Shown here: positions 1 through 9,195 of the stretch, piece after piece
How positions within the stretch are numbered: position 1 is the stretch's first letter
Layout of the letters: each line of letters begins with the position of its first letter
Translations under genes and position numbers: made by a program
The notes under the pieces: generated by a model
What the model saw: the letters and a program-made list of their open reading frames with translations, nothing else
Database searches by the model: none
What the model was told of the DNA's origin: nothing
Origin: an uncultured Lentisphaerales bacterium
GTDB lineage: Bacteria; Verrucomicrobiota; Lentisphaeria; JABSQK01; UBA12247
Length of the DNA: 64,000 bases
Reading direction: 5' to 3'
Assembly (NCBI GenBank): GCA_943788985.1
Contig: CALSSJ010000012.1
Coordinates: 171,679 to 235,678, forward strand

Positions 1-1
1 T

Positions 2-574
2 CTCTGGCAGCGTCCACAATCATACTACGATGCCGAGCCGTGGCGCGGCACTTGGGCGCAGGACGGCGGTGCCTTCATGAACCAGGCCAGTCACTTTGTC
101 GATCTGTTGAGCTGGTTCGGCGGCGAAGTTGAGACGGTCACCGCCCTCACTGCCACGCTGGGCCGTTCGATCGAGGCCGAAGACAGCGGCGTAGCCGTGA
201 TGCGGTTCAAGAACGGAATCATTGGCTCAATCAACGTCTCCATGCTGACCTACCCCAAGAATCTCGAGACTACCATCACCGTTCTGGGTGAAAAGGGCAC
301 CGTGAAAGCGGGCGGCGCGTCGATCGGTCGCTTCGAGAAGTGGGAGTTTCAGGATTACGACGACGATGACCGCATCATCTATGAGTCTAATCTCGAGCCG
401 CCGGCACCGCACGCATCGGGACATTACCTGTACTACAAGAACGTCATCGACGTGCTTGGTGGCTGTGCCGAACCCAAAACCGATGGCCATGAAGGCCGCC
501 ACAGCGTCGCGCTGATTCGCAGTATCTATGAGTCCGCTACCTCTGGGAAACCAGTGAGCTTTTCCGCAAAATGA
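2..574 (+). CDS. Gfo/Idh/MocA family oxidoreductase, C-terminal part (5' end lies outside the window)
   Basis: The reading frame is open from position 2. The translation (…FVDLLSWFGGEVETV…GHEGRHSVALIRSIYESATSGKPV) looks like the C-terminal alpha/beta domain of Gfo/Idh/MocA dehydrogenases. Confidence 0.7.
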   Translation, partial: LWQRPQSYYDAEPWRGTWAQDGGAFMNQASHFVDLLSWFGGEVETVTALTATLGRSIEAEDSGVAVMRFKNGIIGSINVSMLTYPKNLETTITVLGEKGTVKAGGASIGRFEKWEFQDYDDDDRIIYESNLEPPAPHASGHYLYYKNVIDVLGGCAEPKTDGHEGRHSVALIRSIYESATSGKPVSFSAK

Positions 575-1422
575 ACGCACCGTGGCGGGCATTCAAGGAC
601 CTTGAGACGCCCGATGTCATTCACCATCTCGCAGTTGAATCAGAACTTCTGGACGACGCAACTGCGCCGCCCACCATCTACCTGTGGAGTGGGGGCGAAG
701 CCGTGGTCATCGGTCGCAATCAGAATCCTTGGTCTGAGGCCTCGCCGGACTCGTTGCAGCACGAGCGCCCGCTGTTGGCACGGCGTGTCTCCGGCGGTGG
801 TGCGGTGTATCACGGGCCGGGAAACCTGAACTTCTGCATCAGCATGCCGCGGGCACTGCACGCTCCCCATCAGCGGCTTGCGGAGATTGCAACCGTGGTC
901 AGCCAGGTCAGCGGCAAGGATGTCACGGTGGATGAGCAGTACAACCTGCGTCTGGACGGCCGCAAGATCTCAGGAACCGCCTTCCGGCTGATTCGAGATC
1001 GGGCGCTGCATCACGGAACCTTGCTGGTGCATGCTGACCTCGCAAAGCTGCGCGCGGCGCTGCAGGCCGAGGAACTGCAGATCGCTACCCAAGCCGTCGC
1101 GTCGCGCCCCGCGTCGGTCACCAACGCGGGCAGGGAGGGGCAGGTTGCGGAGTTCGCAAAAGCCCTGCTTGTTCACTTCTGCGGACAGGCCGATGCGCCG
1201 CCGCCAGCAACACCTGCAGCCGAACGAGTGTGCCAACTCCGCAGCTGGGAATGGCGGTTTGGCCACACACCCAGCTTCGAAGCGAGCGTTGGCGGGCAGA
1301 CAATATCGGTAGAGAACGGGAAGATTTCAAATTCGGGTATATTGGCGAAACCATTTTGCCCCGCGCGGGTTAGAACTATACTTGAGGCAACGACCTTCCA
1401 GAAAGAGGAACAGGATGAGTAA
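571..1422 (+). CDS. Lipoate-protein ligase / octanoyltransferase family protein (BPL/LPL catalytic domain; LplA/LipM-like)
   Basis: Motif RRVSGGGAVYHGPGNLNF matches the LplA/LipB signature RRxSGGGAV(F/Y)HD. The 283-aa length fits a single BPL/LPL catalytic domain. It overlaps the ATG of the next gene by 4 nt. Confidence 0.7.
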   Translation: MNAPWRAFKDLETPDVIHHLAVESELLDDATAPPTIYLWSGGEAVVIGRNQNPWSEASPDSLQHERPLLARRVSGGGAVYHGPGNLNFCISMPRALHAPHQRLAEIATVVSQVSGKDVTVDEQYNLRLDGRKISGTAFRLIRDRALHHGTLLVHADLAKLRAALQAEELQIATQAVASRPASVTNAGREGQVAEFAKALLVHFCGQADAPPPATPAAERVCQLRSWEWRFGHTPSFEASVGGQTISVENGKISNSGILAKPFCPARVRTILEATTFQKEEQDE

Positions 1423-3040
1423 AACCGGGCCTGATGACCCACAGGATGAATTGCACAGGCAGATGCAAGGACTGTTCGAGAGCTTTGCCCCGCCAGGAAT
1501 GTCACCTAGTGCGCCCGCCAGCGAGCCAGGAGCGGAAGAGGAACAGAGCGATGAGGACAAGGTTGATCCATTGCAACTGGTCTATGACTTCGACCTAAAA
1601 CCTCGCGATGTGAACGCCTATCTCAAGCGCTATGTGATCCGTCAGGAAGAGGCAAAGAAGGTCCTGGCAGTCGCTATTTGCGATCACTACAATCATGTTC
1701 GCCGATGTCTGCTGGATCCGGAGCTGGAGTCAGAAGAGTACGCCAAGCAGAACGTCCTGCTGCTGGGCCCGACCGGTGTCGGCAAGACCTATCTCATTCG
1801 TTGCATTGCCAAGCTCGTTGGCGTCCCGTTTGTGAAGGCAGATGCGACTAAATTCTCCGAGACCGGCTATGTCGGCCATGACGTCGAGGATCTGGTCCGA
1901 GATCTGGTCAAGCTCGCCGATGGCGATACCGAGCTCGCGCAGTACGGAATCATCTACATCGATGAAATTGATAAGATTGCGGGTCGAGGCTCTGGCGGAA
2001 ATCGCGATGTCTCCGGGCGCGGTGTACAGATCAACCTGCTCAAGCTGATGGAAGACTCAAACGTCAACCTCGTCAGCCAGACCGATATCGCCTCGCAGAT
2101 GGAAGCGATGATGAATATGATGAACCGTCAGGATTCGCCACCACGCACCATCAACACCCGGCACATCCTGTTTATCGTCAGTGGGGCCTTTGGCGAACTG
2201 ACGGGTCAGATCCGCAAGCGCATGCAGGGCTCGCAGATCGGCTTCGACCGCGATGAGACGGCGGCGCGGGATGATGATTACTACGCGCGATTGGTAGAGA
2301 CCAAAGATTTCGTTGATTACGGGTTTGAGCCTGAGTTCGTCGGTCGCTTGCCAGTGCGGGTAGCCTGTCATTCCCTGTCTGTGCCGGATCTGGAAATGAT
2401 CCTGTCTCAGTCAAAAGGCAGCATGCTTAAGCAGTATGCCAACGACTTCTCTGGCTACGGTATCGACCTTAACATCCTGCCAGGGGCATTGCGCTGCATT
2501 GCCGAGCGTGCGCATACCGAGCAGACCGGCGCTCGCGGCTTGATGACCGTCCTAGAGCGGACTTTTCGCAATTTCAAGTACGAGCTTCCGTCTACCGACG
2601 TCGAGCTTTTGACGGTGGATGAGACCACTATTGCCGAGCCCGACCTGCAACTGCAGCAGATCCTTTCCGAGCATCCTGCGGATCCGCCCCGGTTGCCCAC
2701 GAGCGAGGAGCCAGCCAAAGACGAGGCGGCCGAAGATGTGGCGCCAGCTGTGCCCGACAACAGCCTGCGTGCTCAGGTGGGTGAGTTTGCCGAGGAGTTC
2801 GAGAGTGCCCACGACTTTTTCCTGAAGTTTCAGGAGGATGCGATTGATGCGCTGGTCGAGCAAGCGGCGTTGAACGGCCAGACCGTGCTCGAGCGCTGCC
2901 GCGAGTGCTTCAAGGACTTCGAGCACGGACTTGCTCTGCTACGCTGCAAGACCGGCGAGAGCACGTTCGAAATCGACGCAGCAGCCGTCGCTGATCCGGG
3001 CCAGGCTCTTACCGCTCGGCTGCGCGACAGCGCTGTGTAG
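1415..3040 (+). CDS. ClpX/HslU-family AAA+ ATPase (unfoldase-like) with no N-terminal zinc-binding domain and an extended C-terminus
   Basis: Walker A GPTGVGKT. ATKFSETGYVGHDVEDLVRDL matches the HslU/ClpX 'ATKFTEVGYVG' box. Walker B / sensor block GIIYIDEIDKIAGRGSGGNRDVSGRGVQINLLKLMEDSNVN. Sensor-2 GARGL. No Cys4 zinc finger is present. The 1415 start follows an AGAGGAACAGG ribosome-binding-site-like run; the ORF track begins at 1382. Confidence 0.75.
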   Translation: MSKTGPDDPQDELHRQMQGLFESFAPPGMSPSAPASEPGAEEEQSDEDKVDPLQLVYDFDLKPRDVNAYLKRYVIRQEEAKKVLAVAICDHYNHVRRCLLDPELESEEYAKQNVLLLGPTGVGKTYLIRCIAKLVGVPFVKADATKFSETGYVGHDVEDLVRDLVKLADGDTELAQYGIIYIDEIDKIAGRGSGGNRDVSGRGVQINLLKLMEDSNVNLVSQTDIASQMEAMMNMMNRQDSPPRTINTRHILFIVSGAFGELTGQIRKRMQGSQIGFDRDETAARDDDYYARLVETKDFVDYGFEPEFVGRLPVRVACHSLSVPDLEMILSQSKGSMLKQYANDFSGYGIDLNILPGALRCIAERAHTEQTGARGLMTVLERTFRNFKYELPSTDVELLTVDETTIAEPDLQLQQILSEHPADPPRLPTSEEPAKDEAAEDVAPAVPDNSLRAQVGEFAEEFESAHDFFLKFQEDAIDALVEQAALNGQTVLERCRECFKDFEHGLALLRCKTGESTFEIDAAAVADPGQALTARLRDSAV

Positions 3041-3058
3041 GCTGCTATTCGCTGTAGG

Positions 3059-3109
3059 CGCCACCCGTCGAAACCTCTCGAATGCCATGGCAGGTATCGA
3101 CGGGTGGCG
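3059..3109. terminator. Perfect 13-nt inverted repeat (cgccacccgtcga / tcgacgggtggcg) forming a stem-loop 20 nt after the ATPase stop; no U-tract
   Basis: Seen directly in the sequence. The stem is GC-rich and the loop is about 25 nt. It may be a terminator-like or regulatory hairpin. Confidence 0.3.
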
Positions 3110-4232
3110 GCAGGAATCGACAGACTGCGACTCACTCGTGGGAGCTTTATTTTTGGCACAGAGGGGACACCGAGGGAATGCGGGAGATGGTTTGCCTCGT
3201 TTCGTCCTGCCAGCTCGTTGTGCTCTGAGTCCTCTGTGGTAGAATTTCTTCATCGCGGCTTCACGCCCAGATGCGGTCTGCGGACCGTTGGATTAATATT
3301 TGCCTTCTTGATAGCGCGAATGGCCGCCGTGTTGGATTCTCCAGTATCCCTGGAGCCGTTCAGTGGCTGCGAGAAGTGCAGTCCGAGGCCGCAGCCGTAC
3401 GTGATTGACTTCCACTGAATTCGCGCCACCTTTTCGCTGGGACCTGCGATTCCGTATGGCTGGCCAGCTTCAAGAGAGACTTCGGCTGCGTTGATGCCAA
3501 TCTGGTTTTAATTCAGGATAGCGAATGACAATTCGTTCTGCCGTTTCGCAAGCGTACTTTTTTGAGCTGCGTCCAAATCAAGCCCGCTATAGGCATGTTT
3601 TCTGCGGTGAGCACCGGGCCCCGGGCGCGACGTGGCCAAATTGTCAGAAGCCAATGCTCCGAATGCTCAGCCTCGACTGTGAAGATCAAAGATTGGGATT
3701 GGTCGAGTTGGGCATACCAGTGCTCGATTTAGTGTTTTGCTGGACCTGCAATTTGGGAGAGGGTCGCACTGCGTACCGGCTGGATCCAAGTGGCGGAACT
3801 TCGCTCATTCAGTAGGACGAGGGCGGCGTCGAGGAAGACTTTCCATACGAGGATTACCCAGCCTATTTCCCGGAAGCAGAAGTGGAGTTGGCGCCACTTC
3901 CTCAGAAGGTCCAAGAACTGATCAGCGGCGTAAACGCCGGAGGAGAAATGTCCGGCCTGCGGGGCGTTGATGGAGCTTCTTGCCTGATCACGGAGAATTT
4001 CGCTGCACAAGCGATTGGCGAGTTTCTCATGGGATTTTGAAAATCCCCTTGAGGAAGACGGCGCCTCGGTGCGCAAATTCGCGTATTCCACCTCGAAAAC
4101 TGCTGTCTGCGCGGAATGCCGGTAATCAGTCAGTTTTCACACGTTGACGATTGCGCGCGGTCGTGAACTGTTTCGATCGACAACGATCATAATCGATCAT
4201 TAAAGTAACAGCCAAGCAAAAGACCACAGGCG

Positions 4233-4976
4233 ATGCTCGACCAAGAACGCGAAAAACTAATTGCCGATTTACTGAGCCAGAAGGCCTTCGTTTCCTTGCA
4301 GGAAGTCGTCGCTGCGTGCGGTGCCTCGGCAGTAACCGTGCGGCGCGACTTCACCCGGATGGAAGCCCAAGGGCTCTTGGAGCGCATCCATGGCGGAGCC
4401 AAGAGCACGATGGAAAACCTGCCGTTGGAGATTCGCCGGACGGTGATGTTCGAAGAGAAAACACGCATCGCCGAAAAGGCCGTTGCGATGTGCGCTGACG
4501 GCGAGACGGTCTTCATTGACGGCGGCTCGACCACCAGCCAGATGGCAGCACATCTGAAACCCCGTCGCCTCGAAATCGTCACCAATTCGTTGGTTCTTGC
4601 CACAGCCCTGCTCGACAGCCGCAACGAGCTGGTGCTCACCGGAGGCAGCGTGCTGCCCAGGCAGGGCCTGGTGCTCAACCCTTTCGAGGACGACCTGATT
4701 GATCGCTATCGCGCAGCCAAGGCGATCATGGGCGTGGGCGGACTCGATCCGGTCGGCCCGACGAACGACGATCCACGCCTGATCCGCTTCGAGCAGAAGA
4801 TGATCGCGCATGCCGACGAGATCATTCTGCTGGCCGACAGCGCCAAGCTCGGCAAGCGCGAAAAGCTCCTGCTTTGCGAGTACAGCAAGATCAGTGCGAT
4901 CATCACCGACAGCAACCTTGCGCCTGAGCACCGCGCGTGGCTCGACAAACTCCCACTGACACTCATCACGGTTTGA
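4233..4976 (+). CDS. DeoR/GlpR family transcriptional regulator
   Basis: N-terminal HTH (LLSQKAFVSLQEVVAACGASAVTVRRDF) plus a DeoR C-terminal sugar-phosphate sensor domain (FIDGGSTT…NSL). Confidence 0.8.
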   Translation: MLDQEREKLIADLLSQKAFVSLQEVVAACGASAVTVRRDFTRMEAQGLLERIHGGAKSTMENLPLEIRRTVMFEEKTRIAEKAVAMCADGETVFIDGGSTTSQMAAHLKPRRLEIVTNSLVLATALLDSRNELVLTGGSVLPRQGLVLNPFEDDLIDRYRAAKAIMGVGGLDPVGPTNDDPRLIRFEQKMIAHADEIILLADSAKLGKREKLLLCEYSKISAIITDSNLAPEHRAWLDKLPLTLITV

Positions 4977-4992
4977 CCAAGGAAACCAGATT

Positions 4993-6036
4993 ATGAAAGC
5001 AATGAAACTCACCGGCATCGAGGCCATGGAGATGATGGAGGTTGCGACTCCCGAGATCACCAACCCGAACGATGTCCTGATCCAGATGAAAACCGTGGGC
5101 GTCTGTGGCTCGGACGTGCACTATTATGAGACTGGGCAAATTGGTTCACAAGTTGTGGACTACCCGTTTGCGGTCGGCCATGAGGGCGCGGGCGTGGTGG
5201 TGGCGGTGGGGACTGCAGTCACGCGAGTTAAGCCGGGCGACCGGATTGCGATCGAGCCAGCCATGCCCTGCGGTGCCTGCGATCAGTGCCTGACAGACCG
5301 TGCGCACACCTGCCGCGCGCTGCGCTTTCTCGGCTGCCCAAGGCAGGCCGAAGGCTGCCTCTCGGAGTACATCGTCATGCCCGAGGGGAGCTGCTTTACA
5401 GTAAGCGCGACCACTAGCTTCGATGAGGCCGCGATCTCAGAGCCGCTCGCCATCGGCGTCTATGCCGTCAAGCAGTCTATTCCCATGGCCGGCGCCAAGG
5501 TCGGCATTCTTGGTGCCGGATGCATTGGCCTGAGCGTCCTGCTGCCTGCCCAAGCCCAGGGGGCGGACAAGATTTACGTAACTGATAAGATCGACAATCG
5601 CCTCGCACTGGCCGCTGAAGTCGGGGCTGCCTGGGGGGGCAATCCGGATTGCGAAGACGTGGTGGCGAAGGTCGCCGAGTTAGAGCCTGGCGGTCTCGAC
5701 GTGGTCTTCGAATGCTGCGGCGAGCAGGAAGCGCTGGACCAGGCGATCGAGATGCTCAAGCCTGGCGGCAAGCTCATGATCATCGGCATTCCCCCGACTG
5801 CAAAGCGGGTGACCTTTCTGATTGACAAACTGCGCCACAAAGAGATCTGTATCCAGAACGTTCGCCGGCAGAACCATTGTGTGCAGCCTGCACTTGACAT
5901 GATGGAACGCGGCGACTTCGACGTGAACGTCATGGTTACCCATCGCTTCCCCTTTGAGCAGAGCAAAGCGGCCTTCGACCTCGCCGCTTCCTACAAAGAC
6001 GGCGTGGTCAAAACAATGATCGATTTCCCCGCGTAG
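4993..6036 (+). CDS. Zn-dependent alcohol/polyol dehydrogenase (MDR superfamily, sorbitol/threonine dehydrogenase-like)
   Basis: GVCGSDVHYYE, GHEGAGVV, a C-x2-C-x2-C structural-zinc motif (PCGACDQC), and a Rossmann motif GAGCIGL. Confidence 0.8.
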   Translation: MKAMKLTGIEAMEMMEVATPEITNPNDVLIQMKTVGVCGSDVHYYETGQIGSQVVDYPFAVGHEGAGVVVAVGTAVTRVKPGDRIAIEPAMPCGACDQCLTDRAHTCRALRFLGCPRQAEGCLSEYIVMPEGSCFTVSATTSFDEAAISEPLAIGVYAVKQSIPMAGAKVGILGAGCIGLSVLLPAQAQGADKIYVTDKIDNRLALAAEVGAAWGGNPDCEDVVAKVAELEPGGLDVVFECCGEQEALDQAIEMLKPGGKLMIIGIPPTAKRVTFLIDKLRHKEICIQNVRRQNHCVQPALDMMERGDFDVNVMVTHRFPFEQSKAAFDLAASYKDGVVKTMIDFPA

Positions 6037-6085
6037 TAACGCCCCAAAGATACGACCTTTCCAGGCCAAAACAAGGACTCCAGCC

Positions 6086-6799
6086 ATGAGCCTCTACCAG
6101 AAATATGAAGACGAAATTCGCCAGTTTGTGACTGTCTGTAACAAGTTGGCAATAAACATGTACGTCACCGGCTACGGGGGGAATGCGGCCTTGAGGCTGG
6201 AGGACGATTTGATCCTGATCACGCCGACCATGTTGAACAAGGGGGACATCACCAGCGAGGACGTCGTGTTTATCACCTTGGCCGGTGAGACCGTTGAGGG
6301 AAATCGCCGTCCCACTGGTGAACGGCCGATGTACATCAAGTTTTTCAATGATCGACCAGATATAAAGTCGGTCATTCATTGCCATGCGCCCAACGTATGT
6401 GCCGTCGCGATCATGGCAGGCGACAACCTGCTGATGCGGCCCTTTTTTCCCGAGACCTCCCACGAAGTCGGACCAGCTCCGATCGTCCCGTACGCTGAGC
6501 CTCTCACCCAACAGCTGGCGGACAACTTTGAGCCCTTCATTCGCAAGTACAACAGCTTCATCATGGAGAATCACGGTCTGGTGACCATGAGTCCAGAAGG
6601 AATCGACTACACCATGATGAACGTGGAGCTGTTGGAAATGTCAGCCTATTCCATCCTGCAGGCTGCGGCAACGGGGCGGGAACTGAGGGAGTTGACGCGC
6701 GAGGCCATCGAAGGCTTGGACAACGTCATGAAGCAACGCAATTGCCCGATGTTCGGCGCGCCCGGCGAATATGAGTCGCTGGTGGAACTCTACTTCTAG
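6086..6799 (+). CDS. Class II aldolase/adducin family protein (fuculose/rhamnulose-1-phosphate aldolase-like)
   Basis: GGNAALRL and the HCHAPN metal-binding His cluster are typical of class II aldolases. It forms an operon with the upstream dehydrogenase under the DeoR regulator. Confidence 0.7.
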   Translation: MSLYQKYEDEIRQFVTVCNKLAINMYVTGYGGNAALRLEDDLILITPTMLNKGDITSEDVVFITLAGETVEGNRRPTGERPMYIKFFNDRPDIKSVIHCHAPNVCAVAIMAGDNLLMRPFFPETSHEVGPAPIVPYAEPLTQQLADNFEPFIRKYNSFIMENHGLVTMSPEGIDYTMMNVELLEMSAYSILQAAATGRELRELTREAIEGLDNVMKQRNCPMFGAPGEYESLVELYF

Positions 6800-7044
6800 C
6801 TTTGCCTTCCGATCGGTCTGCGCTCCGATCGACCAGTTCGCTGTAATCGGCAAGGAAAGCGAAGGAGCTGGCCTTCTCATCGCCAACCTTTCTTGAATCG
6901 TTAAGTTTGCAGACATTGATGTTTGAATAATATCCAATTTAGTAAACTTGATAGGTGAGCTCAGAAGATCGATTCTCGAATTCTTGAACGCGTCATTCTA
7001 GGCCAGCGCAGTGCATTTTGTGAAAGTTCACTGGGGCTTCAGAG

Positions 7045-7457
7045 ACGAATTGATCTTGCTGCACACCTGAAGCACGAGAGAGTCGTTGTCGTTACTGGGA
7101 TTCGCCAGGTGGGGAAGTCGACTCTGCTGGGGCAGATTGCCGAACGTTTCGATGAATTTCATCACGCCGAATTGGGGACGCACCTTACCGGCCGCCACAG
7201 CCGCGTGGAAGTTTTCCGTTCTCCTTCCGGGAAGTACTGGATCTGAAGGGAATCGATGCGCTTGCGACCATGACAACCATTCAAGCGGCAAGAGTCCAGG
7301 CGGAATTCGATTTATACCTGATGGACGGCGGCATCCCCAGTCACGTTCCCTGCTTCTGACCCCGGGGGAGAGTCACGGCATTGATTTGGTCGACACCGGC
7401 CCCGAACTACGCGACCTGCAGATTCTATCTGCCTGGCGGTGGTTGCTGGGCTTTTGA
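7045..7457 (+). pseudogene. Degraded N-terminal remnant of an AAA_14/DUF4143 ATPase
   Basis: One frame reads …HERVVVVTGIRQVGKSTLLGQIAERFDEF (P-loop) and then stops. An adjacent frame reads FSFREVLDLKGID…EFDLYLMDGGIPSHV, matching the PLSFREFL and (I/G)GGYP motifs of this family. The intervening ~100 aa are missing and the frame changes. Confidence 0.4.
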
Positions 7458-8190
7458 TTGGCTCTCTTCCTCAGGCTGATAGCCATGCCGGAGCATGTCC
7501 TCATGAAAGCAGGGAAAGGTGTGGCGGCCAGTCGCGGTTCGCCAGCGTCCGACGGATTCCGGGCGCACCGGGATCGTGGTCATGCGCCGATCCAGGAAGT
7601 CTTCCAGCCGGGCGAGGGTGCGAGGCTGGTCGAGTACAAAGTCTTCGAAGCGTACCGGGAGCAGATGACGCGGGGACGGCGTGGCGTTGAAGATGTCCGC
7701 CTGGTACTTCCAGCTGATCGCCCGGCGCTCGCGCTCGTCGTCGGTGCGATCGTAGGGCACGCCAAAGTCGGCGAGGTCGTCGGTAATATGACCGCCAACG
7801 ATCGAGTCGCGGGGATCGCGTACCCAGAAGATGTAGTGGATCTCCGGAAACAGGCGCACGATCCAGGGAAAGCAGAGGATGGTCTCCGGCAGCTTCCAGC
7901 CCTTGTCGGGCGCGTCGCTGGCCAGGACGCTGGCGAGATACGCCTCGACCAGCCGGCGAAAGGCGGGGTCGATGGGCATGGTGTGGAGGCGCTCGAAGTC
8001 CCACTGGCAGTTCCCGCGATGGACGACGTGCCGGGCGAAGACCCGACAGGCTTCGTACATGGCCGCGGCCGGGACGAGGTCGCCAGAGGACTCGTTGATG
8101 TCCGGCGCCCATGTAGAAGCCGCTGGCGCTCAGGGTGTGCGACATGGCGCGGGTGCCAGAGTGGCCGCGCCCAATTACGGTGACGATCAT
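7425..8190 (-). pseudogene. Sulfotransferase family protein, frameshifted near its 5' end (pseudogene or sequencing error)
   Basis: The N-terminus MIVTVIGRGHSGTRAMSHTLSASGFYMGA (P-loop/PAPS-binding-like) lies in the frame of ORF 7501..9192. The remainder (…AAAMYEACRVFARHV…IFWVRDPRDSIVG…) lies in the frame of ORF 7425..8060. The frame switch is near position 8100 in the run gatgtccggcgcccatgta. Confidence 0.55.
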
Positions 8191-9192
8191 CGTATGTGCA
8201 CCACGGTTTCGGTTTGTACGGATTCGATCGCTGCGGCCAACACCTTTTGGGCGGCCAGGCCATCGGTCCCCGGAGCCGTCGATCTCGTCCGGGGCCGCGC
8301 CCTCGTTGAGCTGCTCGACAAACCGCGACAGGCGATTGCGAAAGGTGTCGTCGAAGTCGCGCATGCCGCCGAACACCGGGTTGGTGTAGACGCGTTTCTG
8401 CGAGTCGCCCGCAGGATAGAGGGTGGCCTCGCGGAAGATGTCGTCGATGACGAACCGGCCCTTGGTGCCAGCCACTTCAGTGCGCTCCATGGGATGGCCC
8501 CGCTCGATGTCGTAGCTGCCGGTCAGGTGCCCAAGCGCGCCGCTTTTGAAGCGCATGTTGAACTGGGCTGTGGACCAGATGGTGCGCCCGGGGGCTTTAA
8601 GGCCGAAGCACTGGACGGCTTCGATGTCGCCGCAGAAGTAGCGCATGATGTCCACCGTGTGCGGATGTAGCGCCTTGATCTGAAACCAGGGCGACGACTC
8701 GCGTGGGTTCATGATCCACATGCTGATGTTCATGAACAGCTGGTGGCCGATGCGTCCCTCATCTACCCATTGCCGGGCGAGCCGGGCAGCGGGCGTGAAG
8801 CGGTGGTTGAGGTCGATGCCGTAACAAACCCCGGCGGCTTGGGCAGCGGCGACCATTTCCTCGCCCTTGGCGATCTCGTTCGAGATGGGCTTTTCGCCGA
8901 GGACATGCTTACCGGCGGCGATGGCTTCCATGGTCGGCTCGTAGTGGTCGCTCCCGTATTCCTCGCCTCCGGTGGCGACGCTGACCATGTCCAGCTCGAC
9001 GTTGGCGAGCATCTCGGCCACCGAGTGGAACGCTGGCACGCCGTGCGCCAGAGCAGCAGCGGCGGCGCGCTCGCTGTTCCGGTCACAGACCGCGACCAAC
9101 TCCCCATCTGCCATTTCCCGGTACAGGCGTGCGTGCTTGTTGCCGATCGGGCCAAGGCCGATGACGCCAATTCGTTGTTTCATCAGAGCCAC
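8187..9192 (-). CDS. Gfo/Idh/MocA family oxidoreductase with an apparent frameshift ~25 codons before its C-terminus
   Basis: N-terminal Rossmann IGVIGLGPIGNKHARLY…EKP. In the annotated frame the ORF reads through into the sulfotransferase. The adjacent frame gives a typical family C-terminus, DGLAAQKVLAAAIESVQTETVVHIR*, with a TGA stop overlapping the sulfotransferase ATG (cgATGAtc). The shift is near position 8262, within a gggg/cccc run. Confidence 0.65.
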
Positions 9193-9195
9193 CTG

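Noticed and set aside
4269-5063. 264-aa minus-strand ORF
   Set aside because: Antisense to the well-supported DeoR regulator gene; no motifs.
7501-9192. Apparent 563-aa Gfo–sulfotransferase fusion protein
   Set aside because: The alternative frame gives a canonical Gfo/Idh/MocA C-terminus with a stop overlapping the sulfotransferase ATG. A fusion is therefore a frameshift artefact, not a real multidomain protein.
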